From Oscillibacter sp. (GTDB lineage: Bacteria; Bacillota; Clostridia; Oscillospirales; Oscillospiraceae): 64,000 nucleotides of DNA. Shown here piece after piece: positions 42,164-51,915 of this stretch. How positions within the stretch are numbered: position 1 is the first letter of the stretch; every line of letters begins with the position of its first letter. The stretch is taken from contig JAAWLO010000004.1 of the NCBI GenBank assembly GCA_022797935.1, positions 338 to 64,337 on the forward strand, written 5' to 3'. The notes under the pieces were generated by a model. That model did no database searches. It saw nothing but the letters and a program-made list of their open reading frames with translations, and had not been told where the DNA came from. A program made the position numbers and the translations under genes.

Positions 42164-43096
42164 ATGCCTAAAATCTATACATCCGCCAGCCAGCTGATTG
42201 GCCGCACCCCGCTGCTGGAGCTGGCCCGCATCCGGCAAAGGGAGGGTCTGGAGGCCCGGATTCTGGCGAAGCTGGAATATTTAAATCCCGCGGGCAGCGC
42301 CAAAGACCGTGTGGCCAAGGCCATGATTGAGGACGGGGAGGCCCGGGGCCTGCTGAAGGCCGGGTCCGTCATCATTGAGCCCACCTCCGGCAACACCGGC
42401 ATTGGTCTGGCCTCCGTGGCCGCCGCCCGGGGCTACCGGGTCATCATTGTCATGCCGGAGACCATGAGTTTGGAGCGCCGCCAGCTGATGAAAGCATTCG
42501 GCGCGGAGCTGGTCCTCACCGAGGGGGCCCGGGGCATGACGGGGGCCATTGAGAAGGCGGAGGCCCTGGCCCGGGAGATTCCCGGCAGCTTCCTTCCCGG
42601 GCAGTTTGTGAATCCGGCCAATCCCGCCGCCCACAGGGCGTCCACCGGCCCGGAAATCTGGGAGGACACCGCCGGAGAGGTGGATCTCTTCGTGGCGGGC
42701 GTGGGGACCGGCGGTACGATTACCGGCGTGGGTTCCTATCTGAAGGAGAAGAATCCGGCGGTGCGGGTCGTGGCGGTGGAACCCACCGGTTCTCCCGTTC
42801 TCAGCGGGGGGAGCGCCGGGCGGCACGGCCTTCAGGGCATTGGCGCGGGCTTTGTGCCGGAGGTGCTGGATGTCCATGTCTATGACGAGGTCCTCCCGGT
42901 GCGGGACGAGGATGCCTATGCCGCTGGGCGGCTGCTTGGCCGGACGGAGGGCGTGCTGGCGGGCATCTCCTCCGGCGCGGCACTCTGGGCGGCTATCACC
43001 CTGGCCCGGCGGTCCGAAAACCGGGGTAAGACCATTGTGGCCCTGCTGCCCGACGCCGGGGACCGCTATCTTTCCACTCCCGGATTTTTGGACTGA
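42164..43096 (+). CDS. cysK: Cysteine synthase A
   Basis: [30 protein letters not shown] and LQGIGAGF motifs. Confidence 0.93.
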   Translation: MPKIYTSASQLIGRTPLLELARIRQREGLEARILAKLEYLNPAGSAKDRVAKAMIEDGEARGLLKAGSVIIEPTSGNTGIGLASVAAARGYRVIIVMPETMSLERRQLMKAFGAELVLTEGARGMTGAIEKAEALAREIPGSFLPGQFVNPANPAAHRASTGPEIWEDTAGEVDLFVAGVGTGGTITGVGSYLKEKNPAVRVVAVEPTGSPVLSGGSAGRHGLQGIGAGFVPEVLDVHVYDEVLPVRDEDAYAAGRLLGRTEGVLAGISSGAALWAAITLARRSENRGKTIVALLPDAGDRYLSTPGFLD

Positions 43097-43103
43097 GAAA
43101 CGC

Positions 43104-43137
43104 AAAAGACCTGCCGCAGTACGGCAGGTCTTTTTTT
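43104..43137. terminator. Bidirectional terminator
   Basis: aaaagacctgccg/cggcaggtctttt hairpin between convergent genes. Confidence 0.8.
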
Positions 43138-43865
43138 CACTGCTTCAGGAACTGGCCGGGGTCCACGGCCTCTCCGTCCTTTGTCACGGCAAAGTGCAGA
43201 TGGGGGCTCTGGGCCGCCTCCACCGCCGCCGTGGCGCCCACCGCCCCGATAATCTGCCCGGCGGTGACGAAATCTCCCGGCTCCACCGTGGGCGTGGTCT
43301 GAAGGTTGGCATAGATGGTGGTATAGCCTCCCTCGTGCTCAATGGTCACGGTGGTACCCATCAGAGGGTCGTCCTCCACCGCCGCCACGGTGCCCGCGCT
43401 GGCGGCCAGAACCGTGGTTCCCGGCTTGGCCGAGATGTCCACGCCGTCGTGGGTCCGCCAGTCGGCCAGCGTAGGGCTGTAGACCAGCTGCTCCACGGAG
43501 AAGGCCATCAGCACCTCGCCGTTCAGAGGTGAGACGATCAGCTGGGGCGCCACCGCCTCCACCGGCGTGTCATCCACGTCCGCTTCTGGCATAGTGGGCA
43601 CAATCGCCACCTCCACCGGCTCCGGGGCCGCCGTCTCCACCGGCTGTTCCGGCAGTTCCGGCTCGGGCTCCGGTTCCGGCTGTTCCGGGACGTACAGGTC
43701 CGTCACCGAGGATGACGCGGGCGCCTGGGGCTGGGAAAGAGAAGGCTCCTCCGCCTCTCTGCCCAGGAGCAGGAAGTACCCGCACACGCCCACCGCCGCC
43801 AGGCAGACGGCCAGCAGAGCATAAAAGGCCACGCTGCTGAATACGGATTTCAGTTTGTTTTCCAT
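43137..43865 (-). CDS. M23 peptidase, SpoIIQ-like
   Basis: N-terminal TM segment (AFYALL), Pro/Glu linker, THDGVD and PHLHF motifs; forespore-type promoter upstream. Confidence 0.8.
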   Translation of the reverse strand: MENKLKSVFSSVAFYALLAVCLAAVGVCGYFLLLGREAEEPSLSQPQAPASSSVTDLYVPEQPEPEPEPELPEQPVETAAPEPVEVAIVPTMPEADVDDTPVEAVAPQLIVSPLNGEVLMAFSVEQLVYSPTLADWRTHDGVDISAKPGTTVLAASAGTVAAVEDDPLMGTTVTIEHEGGYTTIYANLQTTPTVEPGDFVTAGQIIGAVGATAAVEAAQSPHLHFAVTKDGEAVDPGQFLKQ

Positions 43866-43899
43866 CGAGAGTTCCTCCCTCACAATCAAGTCTGAGGGA

Positions 43900-43928
43900 A
43901 GTATGGACGGACCCTTCGGAAATTATAC
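43900..43928 (-). promoter_or_regulatory. Sigma-F/G-like promoter
   Basis: GTATA(43928-43924)-18-CATACT(43905-43900). Confidence 0.55.
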
Positions 43929-43965
43929 CTTAAAATTGGAAACGGACGGAAAAGAAATCCGGCGC

Positions 43966-44799
43966 TCAGTCTTCCTCCAGCGCGGCAGCGTACAGCTCGT
44001 TTTTGGACAGGCCCGTGTGTTCCGCCACCTCCCGGACGGCATCCTTCAGCCGGAGGCCGGTCTCCCGGAGGGCCCGTACCTGCCGGACACCCTCCTCCAG
44101 CGTGACGGCGGCGGCAGAGGAGGGCTCCGCCCCGGCCACTACCAGGACGTATTCCCCCCGGGGCGTATTTTCCGCGTAATAGGCTGCAGCCTCGCCCAGG
44201 GTGCAGCGGCGGGTCTCCTCATGGAGCTTGGTCATCTCCCGGCAGAGGGCAATCCGCCGTTCCGGCCCGAAGGCATCGCGAAGGTCTGCCAGGGTGGCCC
44301 GGAGTTTGTGAGGGGCCTCGTGGAAAATCATGGTCCGGGCCTCCTGCCGCAGGCTTTCCAGATGTTCCCGGCGGCTCTTTTTGCTGACGGAGAGAAAGCC
44401 CTCGAAGGTGAAGCGCCCCGTGGGCAGTCCGCTGACCGCCAGAGCATTGACGGCGGCGCAGCAGCCGGGGACGGCAAGGACCTCCACGCCGTTTTCCGCG
44501 CACAGGCGCACCAGGTCCTCTCCCGGGTCCGAGATGGCGGGGGTGCCCGCGTCGGTGACCAGGGCGCAGCTCTCTCCCGCCAGCAGACGGGTCAGAACGC
44601 TCTGCCCGGCGGAGACATGGTTGTGCTCGTGATAGCTGACCAGGGGTTTTTTCACGCCGAAATGGTTCAGCAGCTTCAAGGACACCCGCGTGTCCTCCGC
44701 CGCCACGAAGTCCACCGCCCCCAGGGTCTCCAGAGCCCGGGGTGAGAAATCCCCCAGGTTGCCGATTGGGGTGGCGACCAGATATAAGGTTCCGCTCAT
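43966..44799 (-). CDS. rsmI: 16S rRNA C1402 2'-O-methyltransferase
   Basis: LYLVATPIGNLGD, AEDTR, DAGTPAISDPG and REMTKLHEE motifs. Confidence 0.95.
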   Translation of the reverse strand: MSGTLYLVATPIGNLGDFSPRALETLGAVDFVAAEDTRVSLKLLNHFGVKKPLVSYHEHNHVSAGQSVLTRLLAGESCALVTDAGTPAISDPGEDLVRLCAENGVEVLAVPGCCAAVNALAVSGLPTGRFTFEGFLSVSKKSRREHLESLRQEARTMIFHEAPHKLRATLADLRDAFGPERRIALCREMTKLHEETRRCTLGEAAAYYAENTPRGEYVLVVAGAEPSSAAAVTLEEGVRQVRALRETGLRLKDAVREVAEHTGLSKNELYAAALEED

Positions 44800-45515
44800 G
44801 ATTCATCTCCTCGAAAGTATATCCGGTCCAGCTCCGCCAGGCCCTCCGGACTCTCTAAAATCAAAGGCGCTTCCACCGCCAGCCCCGGCCGTCCGCCCCG
44901 GCGGCTCTCCAGCAGGACCAGAGAGGGGGCCCGGTCCGGACGGCGGCAGACCGTGCGCAGCCGTTTGGGCTCCAAGCCGTTTTCGCGGAGGGCGCAGAGT
45001 AGGTCGGTTAGCCGTTCTGGCTTGTGGACCAGAGCGAACGCGCCGCCCCAGCGCAGCAGCCGGGCTGCCGTCCGGCATACGTCTTCCAGGGTGCAGGTCT
45101 CCTCCATCCGGGCGGTCCGGCGGGCGGAGTCCCGTGGAGGGAGGCCGCTTCCGGCGGGGAAATAGGGGGGATTGCACACAACCAGGTCAAAGGTCCCGGC
45201 GGGGAGGGCCGTTTGCCGCAGGTCCTCCAGACGGAAGTCCAGCTGGCCGGTCAGGGCGTTTTCCGCCGCCGCCCGGTTTGCCAGGCGAATGGCTTCCGGC
45301 TGGATGTCCAGACCCGTCACCCGCAGTTCCCGCTGCCGCTGGAGCAGCAGCAGACACAGAAGCCCGGTGCCGCAGCCCAGGTCACACACCCGCAGTCCTG
45401 GTTTCAGTCCCGGCAGGGCGGAGAGCAGAAAACTGTCCAGTCCCGGCGGAAACAGTTCCCCGGTCCAGACGAACCGCAGTCCCCCGGGCCGCAGGGTCTC
45501 CCAGTGCTCCATCAC
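44796..45515 (-). CDS. tRNA1(Val) A37 N6-methyltransferase-like (YabB/TrmN family)
   Basis: DLGCGTG, CNPPYF and EPKRLR motifs; overlaps rsmI. Confidence 0.85.
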   Translation of the reverse strand: MMEHWETLRPGGLRFVWTGELFPPGLDSFLLSALPGLKPGLRVCDLGCGTGLLCLLLLQRQRELRVTGLDIQPEAIRLANRAAAENALTGQLDFRLEDLRQTALPAGTFDLVVCNPPYFPAGSGLPPRDSARRTARMEETCTLEDVCRTAARLLRWGGAFALVHKPERLTDLLCALRENGLEPKRLRTVCRRPDRAPSLVLLESRRGGRPGLAVEAPLILESPEGLAELDRIYFRGDES

Positions 45516-46075
45516 AGGACCTGGGGCGGAAAGTCCGCCAGCTTGGCGTTGAGCTTGCGGTAGATGCGCTTTTGGAACCAGGGCTCTGTGGAGGCGGCAA
45601 TGGCCTCCTCCAGGCCGAACCAGCCTACCTGGCTGTTCTCATCCGGCTTGCAGCGGACCGGCGCGGCGGGACTGGCCTCCAGCAGAAAGGTGACGTTCCA
45701 GTGGAGATGAGAGGAGACGTATTGTCCCCGCTTTTCGTGTCCGTCCACCGTCAGAATTTCCAAGGAGTAAATTTCCCGGGACACGGGCCGGACTTGTTCC
45801 AGGCCGCTCTCCTCCCGGACCTCCCGCAGGGCGGTGGAAAGCAGATCCCGTTCCCCATCGGCGTGTCCGCCCAGCCAGGACCAGGAGTCGTAGAGCTTGT
45901 GATAGGCCAGCAGTACCTGCTTCCGGTCTGGGCTGACCACCCAAGCGGAGGCCGTCCAGTGTCCCGGGTTCTCCCGGCCATAGGAGTCCGCTGTCTGCCG
46001 GAGGAGTTCGGCCCGGTCCTGTTCCTCCTGTTCGTTCCAGGGACGGAAGATTTGGAGCTGATTTTGCAGTGTCAT
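45512..46075 (-). CDS. NUDIX hydrolase
   Basis: Nudix box GGHADGERDLLSTALREVREESG; AGGAGG RBS before ATG 46075. Confidence 0.9.
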   Translation of the reverse strand: MTLQNQLQIFRPWNEQEEQDRAELLRQTADSYGRENPGHWTASAWVVSPDRKQVLLAYHKLYDSWSWLGGHADGERDLLSTALREVREESGLEQVRPVSREIYSLEILTVDGHEKRGQYVSSHLHWNVTFLLEASPAAPVRCKPDENSQVGWFGLEEAIAASTEPWFQKRIYRKLNAKLADFPPQVL

Positions 46076-46514
46076 GATGGATTTCCTCCTGTTCTCTGTT
46101 AAATGATAGCATCGTTTTCGGAAAAAAGGAAGTCCCCGCCGGCAGGGACCATACCGTCCCGGCGGAACCGACCGCTTTGTATGGGCAAAACAGATGGGCT
46201 GGAGAAAGGAAATCATTGAAACAGGAGAGAAACTATGATATGCTGAAAAAAAGCTGTTTTCCGTGAAAACGCCGGTCTGGTCCGGTCAAAAGGACCGCCT
46301 CCCCCAGGTCTTGACAAAAACACCAGGATTTCTCTTTTCTTCCACAATATATAGTGTTTTTCACAAAAACCGTGAAATTTGTCGATAAATTCTTTGGCTA
46401 TTTTGCAATCTATTCTTGAAAATTCTGGAAATATATGTTATTTTATAGAAAACGAGCCGGGGCTTTTTCCCGTGCCCGGACAATGAAATATTTGAAGAAG
46501 GGTAATTACAAATC

Positions 46515-47279
46515 ATGATGGACAAGAAACGAACCGTGCTGTTGGCGGATGCCAACGAAGACTTCCGAACAGCCATGAAAGAGGTCATTGAACAGGGCGG
46601 TGAATTCGATGTCGCCGCCGCCACAGGAGACGGACGGGAGGCCCTGCGTCTGATCGAGACCCACCGTCCTGACCTGCTGCTGATGGATGTTGCTCTGCCG
46701 GGACTGGATGGCCTGGGGCTGCTGCAGACCCTGAAGACACAGGAAACCGGCGTGCCGAAAACGGTGATTGTCTCTGCCTTCTGCGGCAATCAGGTCCTGG
46801 CGGAGGCGGAAAAGCTGGGCGTTAGCTTCTATTTGCCGAAGCCCTGCGAGCCCAATTCCCTCCTGGACCGGATGCGTTCCATCTTCGACCAGCCTGTTGC
46901 GCCGGAGACCCATCCCGCCAGCCTCAAAAATCTGGTGACCGCCGTGCTGCACGAAGTGGGTGTTCCCGCCCACATCAAGGGCTACCAATATCTGCGGGAG
47001 GCCATTATCATTGCCGTGGGCGATATGGAGGTCATCAACGCGGTGACGAAGGTGCTCTATCCGGCGGTGGCCAAGCGGTTCGGCACCACGCCCTCCCGTG
47101 TGGAACGGGCCATTCGCCATGCCATTGAGGTGGCCTGGGACCGGGGTGACCTGGAAGTTTTGCAGCAGTATTTCGGTTACACAGTCTCCAACGCCAAGGG
47201 CAAGCCCACCAATTCGGAGTTCATCGCCATGATTGCAGACCGGTTGATGCTGGGCACAGAGGACAAGCAGAAGCGCTGA
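46515..47279 (+). CDS. spo0A: Sporulation master regulator Spo0A
   Basis: Receiver domain [13 protein letters not shown]; [34 protein letters not shown] and KPTNSEFIA motifs. Confidence 0.92.
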   Translation: MMDKKRTVLLADANEDFRTAMKEVIEQGGEFDVAAATGDGREALRLIETHRPDLLLMDVALPGLDGLGLLQTLKTQETGVPKTVIVSAFCGNQVLAEAEKLGVSFYLPKPCEPNSLLDRMRSIFDQPVAPETHPASLKNLVTAVLHEVGVPAHIKGYQYLREAIIIAVGDMEVINAVTKVLYPAVAKRFGTTPSRVERAIRHAIEVAWDRGDLEVLQQYFGYTVSNAKGKPTNSEFIAMIADRLMLGTEDKQKR

Positions 47280-47353
47280 GGTATTCAGTGCGCCGCCTGC
47301 CGGGATTTGCTCCCGCAGGCGGCGCGCTTTTTTGCCTGCGGGCGGTGGGGAAT

Positions 47354-47980
47354 TCAGAGGAGCAGTTCCTCGAAACTCCGGATATAAATGTCGCAGCAGC
47401 TCCGCATTTCCGTCTCATCCTGGGCAAACAGGCTGTCGTACACGCCCACCACGCGCATTCCCGCGGCCCGGGCTCCCTGGCAGGCGGCCAGACTGTCGTC
47501 AAACACGGTGCAGGCCCGGGGGTCCGCCCCGGCGGCCCTGGCGGCGGCCAGCCAGATATCCGGCTTTCGTTTTTCCATCCCCAGCTCCTGGGCAAAGGTC
47601 ACCCGCTCGAAAAACTTTGCCAGGTCCAGGGTCTCCAGAGCCGTGTGGCAGTGCTCCGGCACGCTGGAGGTCACCACCGCCATCCGCCGCCCCTGTTTCC
47701 GGCACTGCTTCAGGTAGGCCCGGACGCCGGGCTTCACCGCCGTGCGGGCATAGGAGTCCTGCGCCAGGTCCATCCACTCCGCCATAATGGCTTCGCAGGA
47801 CTCCTCCAGATGGCAGAACTTCTTCGTAAACACCGCCGCCATAGGCAGCGGAACATGGGCCACGCCCTCGTAATACGCATGGGTATAGGACAGGCCCCGG
47901 CGGGCCAAAAATTCCCGGTCTACTTTCTTCCAGATGCCATTGGAGTCGGTCAGGACTCCGTCCATGTCAAAAAACAGCAT
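47354..47980 (-). CDS. HAD family phosphatase
   Basis: FDMDGVLTDS, KRKPDIW and VFDDS motifs. Confidence 0.9.
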   Translation of the reverse strand: MLFFDMDGVLTDSNGIWKKVDREFLARRGLSYTHAYYEGVAHVPLPMAAVFTKKFCHLEESCEAIMAEWMDLAQDSYARTAVKPGVRAYLKQCRKQGRRMAVVTSSVPEHCHTALETLDLAKFFERVTFAQELGMEKRKPDIWLAAARAAGADPRACTVFDDSLAACQGARAAGMRVVGVYDSLFAQDETEMRSCCDIYIRSFEELLL

Positions 47981-47983
47981 CCA

Positions 47984-48607
47984 TCAAGCCTCCTTTTCCA
48001 GCCAGAAGCGCCAGGGGAAATCCCGGGCCTCCTCCGCGTAGTCCACGCCAATGCGGGGGCCGCACAGCATCCGCTCCGCCGGAAGCGGACCGGGGGCGGG
48101 AAGCCCCGCGTCCTCCGGCGTGCCGCAGACAAACAGGGTGTCTCCCGTCAGATCCAGGCCGTTTTCCCGCCGGGTCAGCCCCAGGGCCTGACAGAGCTTG
48201 CCGGGACCGTTGAGAAAATGTTTCCGCCGGTATGGGGTCAGGGGCTTGTCCGGCCCAAAACGGCGGAGCCGCATGCCCTCTGTCCCGGCCACAGGCTCGA
48301 TAGCCCGGATGAGCACGGCGGCAGGTTCGCCCTCCGGCTCGGTCACCAGGTTCAGGCAGTGGTACATGCCGTAGATCAAATAGATGTAGGCATGGCCCGG
48401 AGGGAGGTAGAGAGGGGCGGTGCGGGCAGTCCGGCGGTATTGGTAGGCGTGACAGGCCTTGTCGCAGCGGCCGATATAGGCCTCTGTCTCCGTAATGCGG
48501 CCCACGAGGGCTTCATCCCCCAGGCGGCGGACCAGATAGGTTCCCAGCAGGGCCCGGGCGGCCGCGACGGTATCCTGGTTGTAGAATTCACGGGAAAGCC
48601 TTGCCAT
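47984..48607 (-). CDS. 3-methyladenine DNA glycosylase (MPG/AAG family)
   Basis: ETEAY, YIYLIYGMYHCLN, VLIRAIEP, GPGKLC and PRIGV motifs. Confidence 0.93.
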   Translation of the reverse strand: MARLSREFYNQDTVAAARALLGTYLVRRLGDEALVGRITETEAYIGRCDKACHAYQYRRTARTAPLYLPPGHAYIYLIYGMYHCLNLVTEPEGEPAAVLIRAIEPVAGTEGMRLRRFGPDKPLTPYRRKHFLNGPGKLCQALGLTRRENGLDLTGDTLFVCGTPEDAGLPAPGPLPAERMLCGPRIGVDYAEEARDFPWRFWLEKEA

Positions 48608-48671
48608 TTTCTCACCTCGGTGCTAAAATACAAACCTGTGCGGTTCCTTGGGACCCCACGGGATTTTTCTA

Positions 48672-48776
48672 TATAGTCAACGCAGTTGAAAAGGAGTTAC
48701 AACGCCTTTTCAACCGGCGGACCCAGGGGCCGCCGATGCGCGGAGCGCATTTGCGTTTTCAACTGCGCTGGCTATA
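48672..48776. mobile_element. MITE-like element, family B short copy
   Basis: Inverted ends tatagtcaacgcagttgaaaa / ttttcaactgcgctggctata; reverse-complement match to 23802-23993 with an internal deletion. Confidence 0.75.
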
Positions 48777-48809
48777 GTATAACACGGAAGAGAAAATGGA
48801 GCAAGAAAA

Positions 48810-49721
48810 ATGAGAGTAAACCGAGTCCGGCAAAACGTTCTGCCGCTTCTTACGGCCCTGATTTGGGGCACCGCCTTTGTAGCCCAGAGCATGGGGGCGG
48901 ATTACATGGGCGCCTTCACCTTCAACACGGCCCGGGCAGTGATTGCGTTTTTTTTCCTGCTGGCCCTGTGCGGTATCCGGTCTGCGGTCCAGCGGCGGGC
49001 GGGAATGCCCCGCTCTCTGGGGTCCCGGCGGGACCTGGCCCTGGGGGGATTGGCCTGCGGCACGGCCCTGGCGGTGGCCAGCTATTTCCAGCAAAAGGGA
49101 CTGGAGACCACCACCCCCGGCAAGGCGGGATTCATCACGGCGCTGTATATTGTTCTGGTGCCCCTGTGCGGCCTGCTCTTCCGGCGGAAGCCGCCCCGGG
49201 CGGTGTGGCTGGGCGTTGTGCTGGCGGTGGCGGGTTTGTACTGCCTGTGTGTCACCGAGGCCTTTTCCATCACCGGTGGGGATTTCTACGTGCTGGTCTG
49301 CGCCTTCTGCTTCACCGTGCAGATTCTGACGGTGGACCACTTCTCCAGCCGGGTGGACGGCGTGGCCCTGTCCTGCGCCCAGTTTTTGGTGATGACCGTG
49401 ATTTCCGCCATTGGCATGACCGGGGAGACCCTGCCGCCGCTGGAGCTGCTTCCCGCCTGTCTGGGACCGGTGCTGTATGTGGGGGTGTTTTCCAGCGGCG
49501 TGGCCTACACCCTGCAGATTCTGGCGCAGAAGGACTCCGACCCGGCGGTAGTGTCCCTGCTGATGAGTATGGAATCGGTCTTTGCCGCCATTGCGGGGGC
49601 CCTGATTCTGGGCAGCCGCATGACGGGCCGGGAGTATATTGGCTGCGGGCTGATGCTGGCGGCGGTGCTGCTGGCCCAGCTGCCGGACCGGAAGGCCGTT
49701 CCGCTTCGGGAGGAGGGCTGA
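48810..49721 (+). CDS. EamA/DMT family transporter
   Basis: IWGTAFVAQ, GKAGFITALYIVLVP and AYTLQILAQK motifs. Confidence 0.9.
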   Translation: MRVNRVRQNVLPLLTALIWGTAFVAQSMGADYMGAFTFNTARAVIAFFFLLALCGIRSAVQRRAGMPRSLGSRRDLALGGLACGTALAVASYFQQKGLETTTPGKAGFITALYIVLVPLCGLLFRRKPPRAVWLGVVLAVAGLYCLCVTEAFSITGGDFYVLVCAFCFTVQILTVDHFSSRVDGVALSCAQFLVMTVISAIGMTGETLPPLELLPACLGPVLYVGVFSSGVAYTLQILAQKDSDPAVVSLLMSMESVFAAIAGALILGSRMTGREYIGCGLMLAAVLLAQLPDRKAVPLREEG

Positions 49722-49725
49722 AGCT

Positions 49726-49880
49726 CCTGTGTTCATAACCAGGGGGGCGCTGGGAGGATGGGAATTTTTCCCATCAGGCAAAGAGCGGTTCCGCGTGCAG
49801 TCCGGCGGATTGCAGGGGGAAGGCGGCGCGGCGGGAAAAAGACCCTTCCGGCAGCGTTCTGCGGCTGAGAATTCAGGTTT
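49726..49880. mobile_element. MITE-like element, family A degenerate copy 3
   Basis: cctgtgttcataacc...ggcgggaaaaagacc...gaattcagg aligns with the reverse complement of 19221-19383. Confidence 0.55.
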
Positions 49881-50068
49881 TTCGCCCGTGCGTAATGGAA
49901 GGACGGGATTCCCCCGGATGTCCGCCGCGGAGGAATATGGTTCCGGATTTCCCGTTTTTCCGGCGAAATGCGTTGGACAAGCGGCGGCAGATGTGGTATA
50001 GTAATGAAATTGAGATGGCCGGGGAGGACTTCCCGGTCCGCAGCCTGTGAAAGCAATGAGGTGATCCT

Positions 50069-50788
50069 ATGCGAATCAACGTGCTCGGCGTCGGCTTCGA
50101 CAACCTGACCATGGACGAGGCCGTGGAGCGGGGAATGGAACTTCTCCGCACCCCCGGGCCTCATTCTGTCGTGACGCCCAATCCGGAAATCGTGGAGATC
50201 TGCCGGGAAAATCTGGCCGCCCGGCAGGCGGTGAACGGCGCAGACCTGGTTTTGGCGGATGGTATTGGCGTGGTAAAGGGGGCCCGGATGCTGGGCACTC
50301 CGCTGAAGGCCAAGGTTCCCGGCATTGAGTTTGCCGCCGGGCTTATGGCCCGCATGGCCCGGGAGGGCCGGTCCCTCTACCTGCTGGGAGCGAAACCCGG
50401 CGTGGCGGAGCTGGCGGGACGGCGGCTGGCGGAGCAGTATCCCGGACTGAACATCGCCGGAACCCACGATGGTTATTTTCAGGAGGATGGTCCTGTGGCG
50501 GAAGCAATCCGAACCAGCGGGGCAGACTGTGTCTTCGTCTGTCTGGGCGCGCCCAAGCAGGAGCTCTGGATGGCGAAGCACGGCGCGGAGACCGGCGCGC
50601 GCCTCCTCTGCGGCCTGGGCGGAAGTCTGGACGTCTTTGCCGGTGTGGTGGAGCGTGCCCCGAAATTCTGGTCGGACCACGGTCTGGAGTGGTTTTACCG
50701 CCTGTGCAAAGACCCCCGCCGGGCGGGACGGATGATGAAGCTGCCTCTGTTTCTGGTCCATGTGCAGCGGGAGAAGCGCCGGAGATGA
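50069..50788 (+). CDS. WecB/TagA/CpsF glycosyltransferase
   Basis: TPNPE, ADGIGVV, HDGYF, LGAPKQE and GLEWFYRL motifs. Confidence 0.93.
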   Translation: MRINVLGVGFDNLTMDEAVERGMELLRTPGPHSVVTPNPEIVEICRENLAARQAVNGADLVLADGIGVVKGARMLGTPLKAKVPGIEFAAGLMARMAREGRSLYLLGAKPGVAELAGRRLAEQYPGLNIAGTHDGYFQEDGPVAEAIRTSGADCVFVCLGAPKQELWMAKHGAETGARLLCGLGGSLDVFAGVVERAPKFWSDHGLEWFYRLCKDPRRAGRMMKLPLFLVHVQREKRRR

Positions 50789-51456
50789 AAGGAACACTGA
50801 TTGTACTGGAGGGGACGGACGGCTCCGGCAAGGCCACCCAGGCCAAGCTCCTGCTGGAGCATCTGCGGCGGCAGGGCCTGTCCTGCCGGGAGATTGATTT
50901 TCCCCGGTACGGCAATCCCTTTGCCGAGCCGGTGACGCGTTATCTCCGGGGGGCTCTGGGGGACAAGCCCGGCGACGTCAACGCCTATGCCGCGTCCACC
51001 ATGTTTGCCGTGGACCGCTTTGCCTCTTATCAGGAGGACTGGGGCGGGTTCTACGAGGCCGGCGGCGTGGTGATTGCCAACCGCTACACCACCTCCAACG
51101 CGGTCCACCAGGCCTCCAAGCTCTCCGGCGGGGAGCGGAGGGCCTTTCTGGACTGGCTCTTTGATTTGGAATACCGCCGTCTGGGGCTTCCGGAACCGGA
51201 TCTGGTGCTGTATCTGGACATGCCCACCGAGGCGGCGAACCGTCTCCTGCGGCGGCGGGAGCGGCAAACCAGCACCCAGGCCGATATTCACGAGCAGGAC
51301 GCTGCCTATCTCCGCCGCTGCCAGGAGAATGCCCGGGAGATTGCGGAGACCCTGGGCTGGACGGTGGTCCGCTGCGCCGCCGGAGACAGTCCCCGGACGC
51401 CGGAGGACATTCACCGGGAGGTGGCCGCCCGGGCGGCGGAATGCCTGTCCCGCTGA
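50785..51456 (+). CDS. tmk: Thymidylate kinase
   Basis: LEGTDGSGKATQ, FPRY, FAVDR and NRYTTSN motifs. Confidence 0.88.
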   Translation: MKGTLIVLEGTDGSGKATQAKLLLEHLRRQGLSCREIDFPRYGNPFAEPVTRYLRGALGDKPGDVNAYAASTMFAVDRFASYQEDWGGFYEAGGVVIANRYTTSNAVHQASKLSGGERRAFLDWLFDLEYRRLGLPEPDLVLYLDMPTEAANRLLRRRERQTSTQADIHEQDAAYLRRCQENAREIAETLGWTVVRCAAGDSPRTPEDIHREVAARAAECLSR

Positions 51457-51501
51457 GAAACGGCGAAAACGGGACGCCGTGCGCCCCGTTTTCCCGGCAG
51501 T

Positions 51502-51765
51502 TCAGCAGCAGGTGTCGTTGCTGCATCCGCAGCTGCAATTGCAGTTGCACCCGCAGCCGCAGTTGCAGCCGCCATTGCAGCCGCAGCCGCCGTTGTTCCA
51601 GCAGCCGCAGCCATTGTTCCAGCCGCCGCCCCAGCAGCCACCGCCCCAGTTGCCGCCGCCGCCCCAGCAGCCGTTGCTGCTGCCGCCCCAGCCGCAGCAG
51701 CACACCAGGACGATGATGAGGATGATCCACAGGCAGCCGTTGTCGTTTCCGTTGTTAAAACACAT
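51502..51765 (-). CDS. Small Cys/Gly/Asn-rich protein (probable spore coat/exosporium)
   Basis: GAGGTG RBS; MCFNNG..LWIILIIVLVCCCG followed by GC-rich peptide repeats; CATAGAAT -10-like element upstream. Confidence 0.7.
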   Translation of the reverse strand: MCFNNGNDNGCLWIILIIVLVCCCGWGGSSNGCWGGGGNWGGGCWGGGWNNGCGCWNNGGCGCNGGCNCGCGCNCNCSCGCSNDTCC

Positions 51766-51915
51766 AGTCTTCACACCTCTCTTGGATTTGAACCATTCTA
51801 TGCTTCCGGGCGCTTCCGGGAGCCTGACCTTTTTAAAATTGTCCTGTCCTTTTTTCAAAGAACAGGGGGACAGGCCCTGCTTATGCTATTCACACACCCG
51901 CAAGGAGGTTTTTTT

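Noticed and set aside
19512-43096. CysK plus OCD-family protein as an SbnA/SbnB diaminopropionate synthesis pair linked to dpaL
   Set aside because: The genes are in separate operons 9-20 kb apart, and CysK looks like a canonical cysteine synthase.
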